Position numbers and translations under genes: made by a program. The notes below the pieces were generated by a model. It worked only from the letters and a program-made list of their open reading frames with translations. It was not told where the DNA came from and did no database searches. This document shows, in pieces, positions 35,943 through 50,619 of a stretch of DNA of 64,000 nt (positions within the stretch are counted from its first letter, which is position 1; each line of letters begins with the position of its first letter). The stretch comes from Eledone cirrhosa (lineage: Eukaryota). The stretch covers positions 390,662,001 to 390,726,000 of the forward strand of contig OZ024741.1 in the NCBI GenBank assembly GCA_964016885.1, in the 5' to 3' direction.

Positions 35943-38386
35943 GGTGGAGGGGTCAATTAAGGCCAAAAAGCAGGCTTGGAAAGTATGGCGGGATGGGGGA
36001 AGTAGAGAGGACTATCAAGTGGCCAGGAGGGAAGCTAGGAGACAAGTGTACTTAGCAAGAAGGGAAGCTGAGGAAAGAAAGTTCAAGCATGTTCTACAAC
36101 GCGATGACCAAAAACGTGAGGTGTTCAGGATTGCTAGGCAATGCGTCAAGGAAAACCGTGATATTGTCGGGGAGAAGTGTGTACTAAACGACGATGGCAC
36201 ACTTGCCATCACCGACGCTGATAAGAAGGTAGCTTGGAAGTGTCACTATGAAAGGCTACTAAACGAGGAGAATAAATGGGAGAAAGGCAGTCTCCCACAT
36301 ATCGACCCAATAGAGGGACCAGCAGTGTTAGTCGAGGGGAGTATAATAAGTAAGGCAATCAAGGATACGAAGACGGGTAAGGCGGCTGGGCCTTCGGAAA
36401 TAGTTGCTGAGATGCTGAAGGCATCTGGCACGGTGGGACACACCATGGTCACCCGCATAGTTAACCAAGTCGTACAGAATGGGGTTGTTCCGAAGGACTG
36501 GCATAGCAGCATCATCGTTAACTGTTATAAGGGTAAAGGAGACGCCCTAGATAGGAGTAACTATAGAGGCATTAAATTAATCGACCAGGTCATGAAGGTC
36601 ACGGAAAAAGTAATAGCGCAACTAATCAGAGAGAGAATTGACCTAGATGAAATGCAGTTCGGGTTTGTGTCAGGCAAAAGTACCACAGACGCTCTTTTCA
36701 TAGTACGACAACTACAGGAGAAGTACCTAGCTAAAGGTAAACCCCTCTACTTAGCTTTTGTCGACTTGGAGAAAGCCTTCGACAGAGTCCCCCGCTCCAT
36801 TATCTGGTGGGCTCTTAGAAAACTAGGCGTTGACGAATGGCTTGTGAGGGCTATACAAGCCATGTATAAAGAAACAGTCAGCAAGGTTAGAATTAACAAC
36901 GAATATAGTGAAGAGTTTAGCGTAAAAGTTGGCGTCCATCAGGGCTCTGTTCTCAGCCCACTACTATTTATTATTGCCCTTCAGGCTATAACAGAGGAGT
37001 TCAAGACAGGCTGCCCATGGGAACTCCTATACGCAGACGACCTGACACTCATAGCGGAATCAATGGCCGAGCTAGAGAAGAAATTCCAAACATGGAAGCA
37101 CGGCCTAGAGTCAAAAGGACTTAAAATTAACCTGGCTAAGACCAAAGTACTAGTTTGTAGGAAAGAAAACAAGGCGGCGGTCCCTTCTGGGAAATGGTCG
37201 TGCTCGGTGTGTAGGAAAGGCGTAGGTAGAAACTCCATTTTATGTCCTAAATGCAAAGTATGGGTGCATAAAAGATGTAGTGGGATCACAGGTAAGCTAA
37301 CTAAGAACATAGATTTTACATGTGGCCGGTGCTCTGGTGCAATAAGTAGCAGCAAGTGCCCACAAAATACTAGCTCCTTCAATTGCGCAGAGGGTTCTAT
37401 AAAAATAGTGGACAGCTTCCGTTACCTGGGCGATAAAATCAGCAGTGGGGGAGGGTGCTCTGAAAGTACTGTAGCTAGAGTCAGAACTGGTTGGAAAAAG
37501 TTCAGAGAGCTTATACCACTATTAGCTGCTAAAGGGTTCTCACTAAAAATGAAAGGCAGGTTGTACGATGCCTGCATACGAACAGCAATGCTGCATGGCA
37601 GTGAGACCTGGGCATTGTGTGCAGAGGATATACGCAGACTAGAGAGGAACGAAGCTTGCATGCTCCGCTGGATGTGTAACAGTAATATACGTGAACGGCA
37701 AAGCATAAACGAACTAAGGAAAAAATTAGAGATAAGAGGGATCAGATGTTGTTTACTCGAGAGAAGGCTACGTTGGTATGGACACGTGATGCGCATGAAA
37801 GTCGATAGCTGTATAACAAAGTGCAGGGCAATAAAGATAGACGGTAGTCACGGAATAGGCAGACCTAGAAAAACCTGGGACGAGCTGATAAACTCCGACA
37901 TCACACACTTACACCTCTCCAAGACAATGTCACTGGACCGAGACCTTTGGCGGTACTCAGTAACAGAGAAGACCCGCCTTACCTAAATATATAGTAAAAC
38001 CTACTCCAGCCAGTAGGCATCTCTAACAAAATACACCCCGTCCCACCACCACCACCCCCACCCCATCCACACCACCCCGTTCTATGTAAAGTTATGTTGG
38101 TGCCGCGCCATCGAGGCCGAAACAAATGAGATCGTGTAGGTGTCACGACAAAAAACACACAGTCCACGCTGTAATGTGGCCGTGTAGGCAACACGGTAAA
38201 AACCTCCCAGACCCACACTGTAAATGTGGTCGGTGTTAGGAAGGGCATCCAACTGTAGAAAACCTGCCAGACAGTCCTATGCGAGCAAGACAATCACTCT
38301 TGCCTCAAGTGGGACTACCCCCGTCCAAACCCATGCAAGCGTGGAACACGGACGTTAAACGTTGATGATGATGATGATGATGATGA
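35943..38386 (+). mobile_element. RTE subfamily A, 5'-truncated young copy
   Basis: Uninterrupted ORF, ~380 nt 3' UTR and (GAT)n tail, set in (TA)n arrays. Confidence 0.96.
35944..37986 (+). CDS. RTE reverse transcriptase with embedded PHD finger (5'-truncated ORF, no APE)
   Basis: NYRGIKL, QFGF, FVDLEKAFDRV, HQGSVLSP, YADD, C4HC3 at 37201-37332, FRYLG, GSETW, RLRWYGHV, GRPRKTW. Confidence 0.9.
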   Translation: MEGSIKAKKQAWKVWRDGGSREDYQVARREARRQVYLARREAEERKFKHVLQRDDQKREVFRIARQCVKENRDIVGEKCVLNDDGTLAITDADKKVAWKCHYERLLNEENKWEKGSLPHIDPIEGPAVLVEGSIISKAIKDTKTGKAAGPSEIVAEMLKASGTVGHTMVTRIVNQVVQNGVVPKDWHSSIIVNCYKGKGDALDRSNYRGIKLIDQVMKVTEKVIAQLIRERIDLDEMQFGFVSGKSTTDALFIVRQLQEKYLAKGKPLYLAFVDLEKAFDRVPRSIIWWALRKLGVDEWLVRAIQAMYKETVSKVRINNEYSEEFSVKVGVHQGSVLSPLLFIIALQAITEEFKTGCPWELLYADDLTLIAESMAELEKKFQTWKHGLESKGLKINLAKTKVLVCRKENKAAVPSGKWSCSVCRKGVGRNSILCPKCKVWVHKRCSGITGKLTKNIDFTCGRCSGAISSSKCPQNTSSFNCAEGSIKIVDSFRYLGDKISSGGGCSESTVARVRTGWKKFRELIPLLAAKGFSLKMKGRLYDACIRTAMLHGSETWALCAEDIRRLERNEACMLRWMCNSNIRERQSINELRKKLEIRGIRCCLLERRLRWYGHVMRMKVDSCITKCRAIKIDGSHGIGRPRKTWDELINSDITHLHLSKTMSLDRDLWRYSVTEKTRLT

Positions 38387-41556
<3,170 letters not shown>

Positions 41557-42541
41557 CATCATCATCATCATCATCAACGTTTAACGTCCGTGTTCCACGC
41601 TTGCATGGGTTTGGACGGGGGTAGTCCCACTTGAGGCAAGAGTGATTGTCTTGCTCGCATAGGACTGTCTGGCAGGTTTTCTACAGTTGGATGCCCTTCC
41701 TAACACCAACCACATTTACAGTGTGGGTCTGGGAGGTTTTTACCGTGTTGCCTACACGGCCACATTACAGCGTGGACTGTGTGTTTTTTTGTCGTGACAC
41801 CTACACGATCTGATTTGTTTCGGACTCGATGGCGCGGCACCAACATAACTTTACATAGAACGGGGTGGTGTGGATGGGGTGGGGGTGGTGGCGGAACGAG
41901 GTGTATTTTGTTAGAGATGCCTACTGGCAAGGCGGGTCTTCTCTGTTACTGAGTACCGCCAAAGGTCTCGGTCCAGTGACATTGTCTTGGAGAGGTGTAA
42001 GTGTGTGAGGTCGGAGTTTATCAGCTCATCCCATGTTTTTCTAGGTCTGCCTATTCCGTGGCTACCATCTATCTTTATTGCCCTGCACTTTGTTATACAG
42101 CTATCGACTTTCATGCGCATCACGTGTCCATACCAACGCAGCCTTCTCTCGAGTAAACAACATCTGATCCCTCTTATCTCTAATTTTTTCCTTAGTTCAT
42201 TTATGCTTTGCTGTTCACGTATATTACTGTTACACATCCAGCGGAGCATGCAAGCTTCGTTCCTCTCTAGTCTGCGTATATCCTCTGCACACAATGCCCA
42301 GGTCTCACTACCATGCAACATTGCTGTTCGTATGCAGGCATCGTACAACCTGCCTTTCATTTTTAGGGAGAACCCTTTAGCAGCTAATAGTGGTATAAGC
42401 TCTCTGAACTTTTTCCAACCAGTTCTGACTCTAGCTACAGTACTTTCAGAGCACCCTCCCCCACTGCTGATTTTATCGCCCAGGTAACGGAAGCTGTCCA
42501 CTATTTCTATAGAACCCTCTGCGCAATTGAAAGAGCTAGTA
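41557..42541 (-). mobile_element. RTE subfamily A 3' fragment
   Basis: Highly similar to 37369-38386. A small deletion removes the stop codon region (KTRLASRHL*). Confidence 0.95.
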
Positions 42542-42994
42542 TATATATATATATTATACATATATATATATATATATATTATACATATATATATATATAT
42601 ATATATTATACATATATATATATATATTATACATATATATATATTATACATATATATATATTATACATATATATATATATATTATACATATATATATATA
42701 TATTATACATATATATATTATACATATATATATATATATTATACATATATATATATATATTATACATATATATATATATATTATACATATATATATATAT
42801 ATTATACATATATATATATATATTATACATATATATATATATATTATACATATATATATATATATTATACATATATATATATATATTATACATATATATA
42901 TATATTATACATATATATATATATATTATACATATATATATATATATTATACATATATATATATATATTATATATATATATATATATATTATAC

Positions 42995-43027
<33 letters not shown>

Positions 43028-43360
43028 GTATAATATATATATATATAAAATATATATATATATATATATGTATAATATATATATATAATATATATGTATA
43101 ATATATATATATAATATATATATAATATATATATATAATATATATATAATATATATTATATATATATAATATATATAATATATATTATATATATATAATA
43201 TATATATAATATATATAATATATATATAATATATATTATATATATATAATATATATTATATATATTATATATATATAATATATATTATATATATATATAA
43301 TATATATTATATATATTATATATATATAATATATATTATATATATATATAATATATATTA

Positions 43361-43412
<52 letters not shown>

Positions 43413-43559
43413 TTATATATATAATATATATTATATATATATAATATATATTATATATATATTATATATATTATACATATATATATATATATATTATACA
43501 TATATATATATATATATTATACATATATATATATTATACATATATATATATATAATATA
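42542..43559. repeat. (TA)n-derived array with TTATAC(AT)n units
   Basis: Direct reading. Confidence 0.95.
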
Positions 43560-44478
43560 CTAGCAGTAAAGCCCGGCGTTGCTCGGGGTCGCTCAGTAGC
43601 TGTGTTAAAGTTACAATGTTAAGTTTCTTTCTTGGCTTAAAAACTGTAGTGTCTACTGTGCAGACTTGCATGTGGTGTTTTTGATTAATATTCCCTCAAC
43701 CAACAATATGCCTTATGAAGTTAAGAAAACATAACGATAACCCGAATGTTATAACAAAAGAGGATGCTGGGGATAGAAACTGCACTGGTTATTTATTAAC
43801 AAAGATCGAAAATGTAAACACTGCAACGCAGAGAAAAACATTAGCGTAACCAAATTATCAGTTATGTCTGTCTGCACGCCTATATCACCGCTCTGCACGA
43901 CTGTCTGTCTGCACGCCTATATCACCTCTCTGCACGACTATCTGTCTGCACGCCTATATCACCTCTCTGCACGACTGTCTGTCTGCACGCCTATATCACC
44001 TCTCTGCACGACTGTCTGTCTGCACGCGTATATCACCTCTCTGCACGACTGTCTGTCTGCACGCCTAACGACGAAATATTTGCTTGTTTTACGTAGTCTT
44101 TAAATAGACTTGTTTTCAAGTAAAAATATTGTTTTAAAATGCTTTTAAATGGAAATGAAGCAAAAATTGAAGAAATGAAGCAAAATTGTGTTAATGTCAT
44201 TTTAAACGCTGAGAAAGCCAGCGTAATTTTTTACGTAAGACGCTCAATGTAAACAGAACAAAGGGAAATAACTGATAACTTACGCTCAAAAATCGATACA
44301 TTATATTCGATTTCGTAACATAGGGTGGGTCAATTTGAAATTTTTTTTTTCCGATGTCTTCGCTAGGGCTCAATGTACAAGTATAGCAATTTCGGTGCAA
44401 TTCCGTGAGAGATTCTAAGAGGAGATGTGTGCCAAAAATCGATAGACAGACAGACAACCACAGTTTTATATATAGAGA
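43560..44478 (-). mobile_element. Non-autonomous Helitron with internal minisatellite
   Basis: On the minus strand it starts TCtctatatataaaactgtggttgtctgtctgtc and ends ccccgagcaacgccggg...CTAG|T. Inserted in (TA)n. Confidence 0.82.
43865..44067 (+). repeat. 37-bp minisatellite, ~5.5 copies
   Basis: Unit ctgtctgtctgcacgcctatatcacctctctgcacga. Confidence 0.95.
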
Positions 44479-44731
44479 TATATATATATAATATATATTA
44501 TATATATATATTATATATATATATAATATATATTATATATATATGTAATATATATATATATTTAATTATATCTCATAAAATAATTTAACTGGCTTTCCAC
44601 AAAATACATATAGTTAGCACCCCAAACACTTAAATTGGGTTTATACTAACGTATAACCTGTTTGTTGAGTGAGATGGTTACCAGTCGGAGTTTAGCTTAA
44701 AGCTATCTCTGTTATTGTATTAAATATATGT

Positions 44732-44765
<34 letters not shown>

Positions 44766-44802
44766 CTATAATATATATATAATATATAAATATATATATT
44801 AT

Positions 44803-45328
44803 ATCATCATCATCGTTTAACGTCCATCTTCCACGCTTGCATGGGTTTGGACGGGAATTGTCGCACTTGAGGCAAGATTGGTTGTCTTGCTCGTATAGGA
44901 CTGTCTGGTGGCATTTCTACGGCTGGATGCCCTTCCTAACACCAACCACGTTTACAGTGTGGACTGGGAGGTTTTTACCGTGTTGCCTACACGGCCACAT
45001 TACAGCGTGGACTGTCTGGCAGGTTTTCTACAGCTGGATGCCCTTCCTAACACCAACCACATTTACAGTGTGGGACTGGGACGTTTTTACCGTGTTGCCT
45101 ACACAGCCACATTACAGCGTGGACTGTGTGTTTTTTTGTCGTGACACCTACACGACCTCATTTATTTAGGACTGGATGTTGTGGTACCAACATACCTTTA
45201 CATCGAATGGGGTGGTGTAGATGAGGGTGGGGATAGGGGTGGTGGGGATAGGGGTAGTGGGACAGGGGTGTATTTTGGTTAAGAGGTGCCTACTGACTGT
45301 AGGTTTTGCTTTGTACTTAGGCAAGGCG
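44803..45328 (-). mobile_element. RTE-A 3' UTR-only insertion with ~110-bp internal tandem duplication
   Basis: Matches 11260-11650. The ggactgt...ttacagcgt block is repeated. Confidence 0.9.
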
Positions 45329-45353
45329 ATATATATATATATCATATATATAT

Positions 45354-45387
<34 letters not shown>

Positions 45388-45610
45388 ATATATATCATAT
45401 ATATATATATATATATATATATCATATATCATATATATATATCATATATATATATATATCATATATATATATCATATATATATATATCATATATATATAT
45501 ATATATATCATATATATATATATCATATATATATATCATATATATATATCATATATATATATATCATATATATATATATATATATATCATATATATAAAT
45601 ATATATATAT

Positions 45611-45677
<67 letters not shown>

Positions 45678-45712
45678 CATATATATATATATATCATATA
45701 TATATATATATC

Positions 45713-45745
<33 letters not shown>

Positions 45746-45746
45746 C

Positions 45747-45778
<32 letters not shown>

Positions 45779-45779
45779 C

Positions 45780-45811
<32 letters not shown>

Positions 45812-45812
45812 C

Positions 45813-45844
<32 letters not shown>

Positions 45845-45896
45845 CATATATATACATATATATATCATATATATATATCATATATATATATATATC

Positions 45897-45928
<32 letters not shown>

Positions 45929-46066
45929 CATATATATACATATATATATCATATATATATATCATATATATATATATCATATATATATATATCATATATA
46001 TATATATATATATATATATCATATATATATATATATATATCATATATATATATATAATATATATAT

Positions 46067-46097
<31 letters not shown>

Positions 46098-46123
46098 CAT
46101 ATATATATATATAATATATATAT

Positions 46124-46158
<35 letters not shown>

Positions 46159-46304
46159 TATATATATATATAATATATATATATCATATATATATATATA
46201 TATATATCATATATATATATATAATATATATATATATAATATATATATATATAATATATATATATCATATATATATATATATATCATATATATATATATA
46301 ATAT

Positions 46305-46339
<35 letters not shown>

Positions 46340-46466
46340 CATATATATATATATATATATATATATCATATATATATATATATATATATATCATATATAT
46401 ATATATATATATATCATATATATATATATATATATATATATCATATATATATATATATATATATAT

Positions 46467-46507
<41 letters not shown>

Positions 46508-47194
46508 TATATATATATATATATATATATATCATATATATATATATATCATATATATATATATATATATTATATCATATATATATTATATATATATATT
46601 ATATCATATATATATTATATATATATATATTATATCATATATATATTATATATATATATATATATTATATCATATATATATTATATATATATATATATAT
46701 ATATTATATCATATATATATATATATATATTATATCATATATATTATATATATATATATATTATATCATATATATATATATATATATATATTATATCATA
46801 TATATATATATATATATATTATATCATATATATATTATATATATATATATATTATATCATATATATATATATATATTATATCATATATATTATATATATA
46901 TATATATATATTATATCATATATATATTATATATATATATATATTATATCATATATATTATATATATATATATATTATATCATATATATTATATATATAT
47001 ATATATATATATTATATCATATATATATTATATATATATATATATATTATATCATATATAATATATATATATAATATATATATATAATATATATATATAA
47101 TATATATATATAATATATATATATAATATATATATATAATATATATATATAATATATATATATAATATATATATATAATATATATATATAATAT

Positions 47195-47239
<45 letters not shown>

Positions 47240-47364
47240 TATCATATATATATATATATATCATATATATATTATATATATATATATCATATATCATATA
47301 TATATTATATATCATATATTATATATATATATCATATATATATTATATATATATATATATATAT

Positions 47365-47429
<65 letters not shown>

Positions 47430-47476
47430 CATATATTATATATATATATATATATCATATATATATTATATATATA

Positions 47477-47508
<32 letters not shown>

Positions 47509-47784
47509 CATATATATATTATATATATATATATATATATCATATATATATTATATATATATATATATTATATATATATATATTATATATATATATATAT
47601 TATATATATATATATATATATATCATATATATATTATATATATATATATATATATCATATATATATATATCATATATATATTATATATATATATATATAT
47701 ATCATATATATATATATATATATATCATATATATATATATATATATCATATATATATTATATATATATATATATATATATCATA

Positions 47785-47816
<32 letters not shown>

Positions 47817-47820
47817 CATA

Positions 47821-47854
<34 letters not shown>

Positions 47855-47870
47855 CATATATATATTATAT
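45329..47870. repeat. ~2.5 kb (TA)n array with ATC(AT)n units
   Basis: Direct reading. Confidence 0.95.
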
Positions 47871-49941
47871 CATCATCATCATCATCATCATCATTTTACG
47901 TCCGCTTTTCCCTGCTTGCAAGGGTGGGACGGGTCTTATTCAGCACAGCATCTCTCCACTCGTCACGGTCCCTCGTCATCTCCACCGTGAGCTTCAATGA
48001 TCTGAGGTCTGTTCTCACCACCTCCGCCCATGTTTTTCGTGGTCTACCTCTACCACGTCTTCCTTCAACTGGCATTTCCTGGCACTTCTTCACCCATCGG
48101 TCATCCTCCATGCGCATCACATGTCCATACCACCTCAGTCTCCTCTCCCGTACACTACATTCTATCCCTCTCAGACACAGTTTCTCTCTCAACACATTTA
48201 TGCTGGGTCGTTCACGCACATTTACACTGCACATCCAACGGAGCATGCTTGCCTCATTTCTCTCCAGCCGTCGCATATCTTCTGCGGTAGCTGCCCATGT
48301 CTCACTACCATGCAGCATTGCGCTCCTCACACAGGCATCATACAACCGGCCTTTCGTACGCAGGGAGAAACCCTTCTTCGTCAACAGAGGAAGCAGCTCC
48401 CTAAACTTCTTCCAACCCGTCCTTATTCTAGATACTATGGCCTCGGAACACCCTCCTCCCATGCTAATCTGATCTCCTAGGTACCGGAAGCTATCCACCA
48501 CTTCTATAGCGCCCTCTCGCATTTGAAAAATGTGTCTATCAGTGCGACTTCTACTGTCTAATTTCCCTGTACATCTACTGCATACATATTTCTCCCTACC
48601 TGTTAGTTTGCCTGCTATCCCGCTACATCTCTTGTGTACCCAGGACCTACATTGTGTGCATTTTATAGAATTTATGCCAGTTCCTTTTCTGCATATCGAA
48701 CATGGCCATTTCCCTGACGGAATCAGGGTTTTGTCCTCTTTTCTACTCATCAACACTTTTGTCTTAGCTAGATTTACTCTCAGTCCTCTTGCTTCCAACT
48801 GCTGTTTCCATAGCCGGAATTTATTCTCTAGCTCCTCTACTGATTCTGCCATAAGAGCCAGATCGTCAGCATAGAGAAGTTCCCATGGACAGCCAGTCTT
48901 AAACTCCTCTGTTATGGCTTGGAGGACTATAATGAACAAGAGCGGGCTGAGGACCGAACCCTGATGTACTCCTACTTGTATCTGGAATTCCTCACTAAAC
49001 TCCATTCCTACCCTGACTTTACTGAGAGTACCTCTGTACAAAGTTTGCACTGTCCTTACAAGCCATTCCTCAACACCCAGCTTCCTTAGGGACCACCAGA
49101 TGACAGATCGGGGTACCCTATCAAAGGCCTTCTCTAGGTCAACAAAGGCTAAGTATAGTGGCTTATTCTTCTCTAAGAACCTCTCTTGCATTTGTCTCAC
49201 CAAGAAGAGGGCATCTGTTGTACTCTTCCCAGGCACAAAACCAAACTGCATCTCATCTAGTTTGACCCTTTCTCTAATTAGTTGTGCTAAAATCCTTTCT
49301 GCCACTTTCATAACCTGATCTATCAGTTTTATACCCCTATAATTGCTCCTCTCCAAAGCATCCCCTTTACCTTTGTAGCAATTTATGAGAATACTGCTGC
49401 ACCAGTCTTTGGGTATGACACCACCATATATAGCCTGATTGATTATGCGTGCAACCAGTTTAGTGCCTACGTCCCCTGATGCCTTCAGCATCTCAGCAAC
49501 TATTCCCGATGGTCCGGCCGCCTTACCATTTTTCATTTCCCTAATCGCCTCTTGGACCCTATATTCGTCAATCTCAATAGCTGGTCCCTCTGTCGGATCT
49601 ACCAAGGGTAATTTCTCTCTCTCCCATTCGTTCTCCACATTCATCAGTCTCTCATAATGACATTTCCAGGCCTCCTTTTTCTGGTCATTCGTGACACTAA
49701 GTACACCGGCATCATCCCGGACACATTTATCACCAACAACATCCTGATTTGCATTGACACACTGCCTTGCAATGTGGAACACCGCACGCCTCTGATCTTC
49801 CCGTCGCAGAACATTGGCAAACCTCCTACTCTCTGCCTCCCTGCGTGCTAAGTACACCTGACGTCTAGCTTCTCTCTTAGTGGCTGTATATTCTTCCCTA
49901 CTCCCACCCTTATTCCAAGCCTTCCATGCTAGTCTTTTGTC

Positions 49942-49945
<4 letters not shown>
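47871..49945 (-). mobile_element. RTE subfamily B, 5'-truncated young copy
   Basis: The open ORF runs directly into the (GAT)n tail, with essentially no 3' UTR. Confidence 0.96.
47896..49857 (-). CDS. RTE reverse transcriptase with embedded PHD finger (open frame extends to ~49945)
   Basis: FVDLEKAFDRV, HQGSVLSP, YADD, C4HC3 at 48571-48702, FRYLG; ends TRPTLASREKRT*. Confidence 0.9.
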   Translation of the reverse strand: MYLARREAESRRFANVLRREDQRRAVFHIARQCVNANQDVVGDKCVRDDAGVLSVTNDQKKEAWKCHYERLMNVENEWEREKLPLVDPTEGPAIEIDEYRVQEAIREMKNGKAAGPSGIVAEMLKASGDVGTKLVARIINQAIYGGVIPKDWCSSILINCYKGKGDALERSNYRGIKLIDQVMKVAERILAQLIRERVKLDEMQFGFVPGKSTTDALFLVRQMQERFLEKNKPLYLAFVDLEKAFDRVPRSVIWWSLRKLGVEEWLVRTVQTLYRGTLSKVRVGMEFSEEFQIQVGVHQGSVLSPLLFIIVLQAITEEFKTGCPWELLYADDLALMAESVEELENKFRLWKQQLEARGLRVNLAKTKVLMSRKEDKTLIPSGKWPCSICRKGTGINSIKCTQCRSWVHKRCSGIAGKLTGREKYVCSRCTGKLDSRSRTDRHIFQMREGAIEVVDSFRYLGDQISMGGGCSEAIVSRIRTGWKKFRELLPLLTKKGFSLRTKGRLYDACVRSAMLHGSETWAATAEDMRRLERNEASMLRWMCSVNVRERPSINVLREKLCLRGIECSVRERRLRWYGHVMRMEDDRWVKKCQEMPVEGRRGRGRPRKTWAEVVRTDLRSLKLTVEMTRDRDEWRDAVLNKTRPTLASREKRT

Positions 49946-49981
<36 letters not shown>

Positions 49982-50086
49982 TATATATATTATATATATA
50001 TATATATATCATATATATATATATATATATCATATATATATTATATATATCATATATATATTATATATATATATATATATATCATA

Positions 50087-50120
<34 letters not shown>

Positions 50121-50158
50121 CATATATATATTATATATATATATATATATATATCATA

Positions 50159-50190
<32 letters not shown>

Positions 50191-50228
50191 CATATATATA
50201 TTATATATATATATATATATATATCATA

Positions 50229-50260
<32 letters not shown>

Positions 50261-50264
50261 CATA

Positions 50265-50296
<32 letters not shown>

Positions 50297-50514
50297 CATA
50301 TATATATTATATATATATATATATATATATCATATATATATTATATATATATATATATATATATCATATATATATTATATATATATATATCATATATATA
50401 TTATATATATATATATCATATATATATTATATATATATATATATATCATATATATTATATATATATATATATATATATCATATATATATTATATATATAT
50501 ATATATATATCATA

Positions 50515-50554
<40 letters not shown>

Positions 50555-50579
50555 TATATATATATATATATATATCATA

Positions 50580-50615
<36 letters not shown>
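49946..50615. repeat. (TA)n array with ATCATATATATT units
   Basis: Direct reading. Confidence 0.95.

Positions 50616-50619
<4 letters not shown>

Noticed and set aside
43865-44067. 37-bp repeats resembling a CRISPR array
   Set aside because: Units are contiguous with no unique spacers and no cas genes; the context is eukaryotic.
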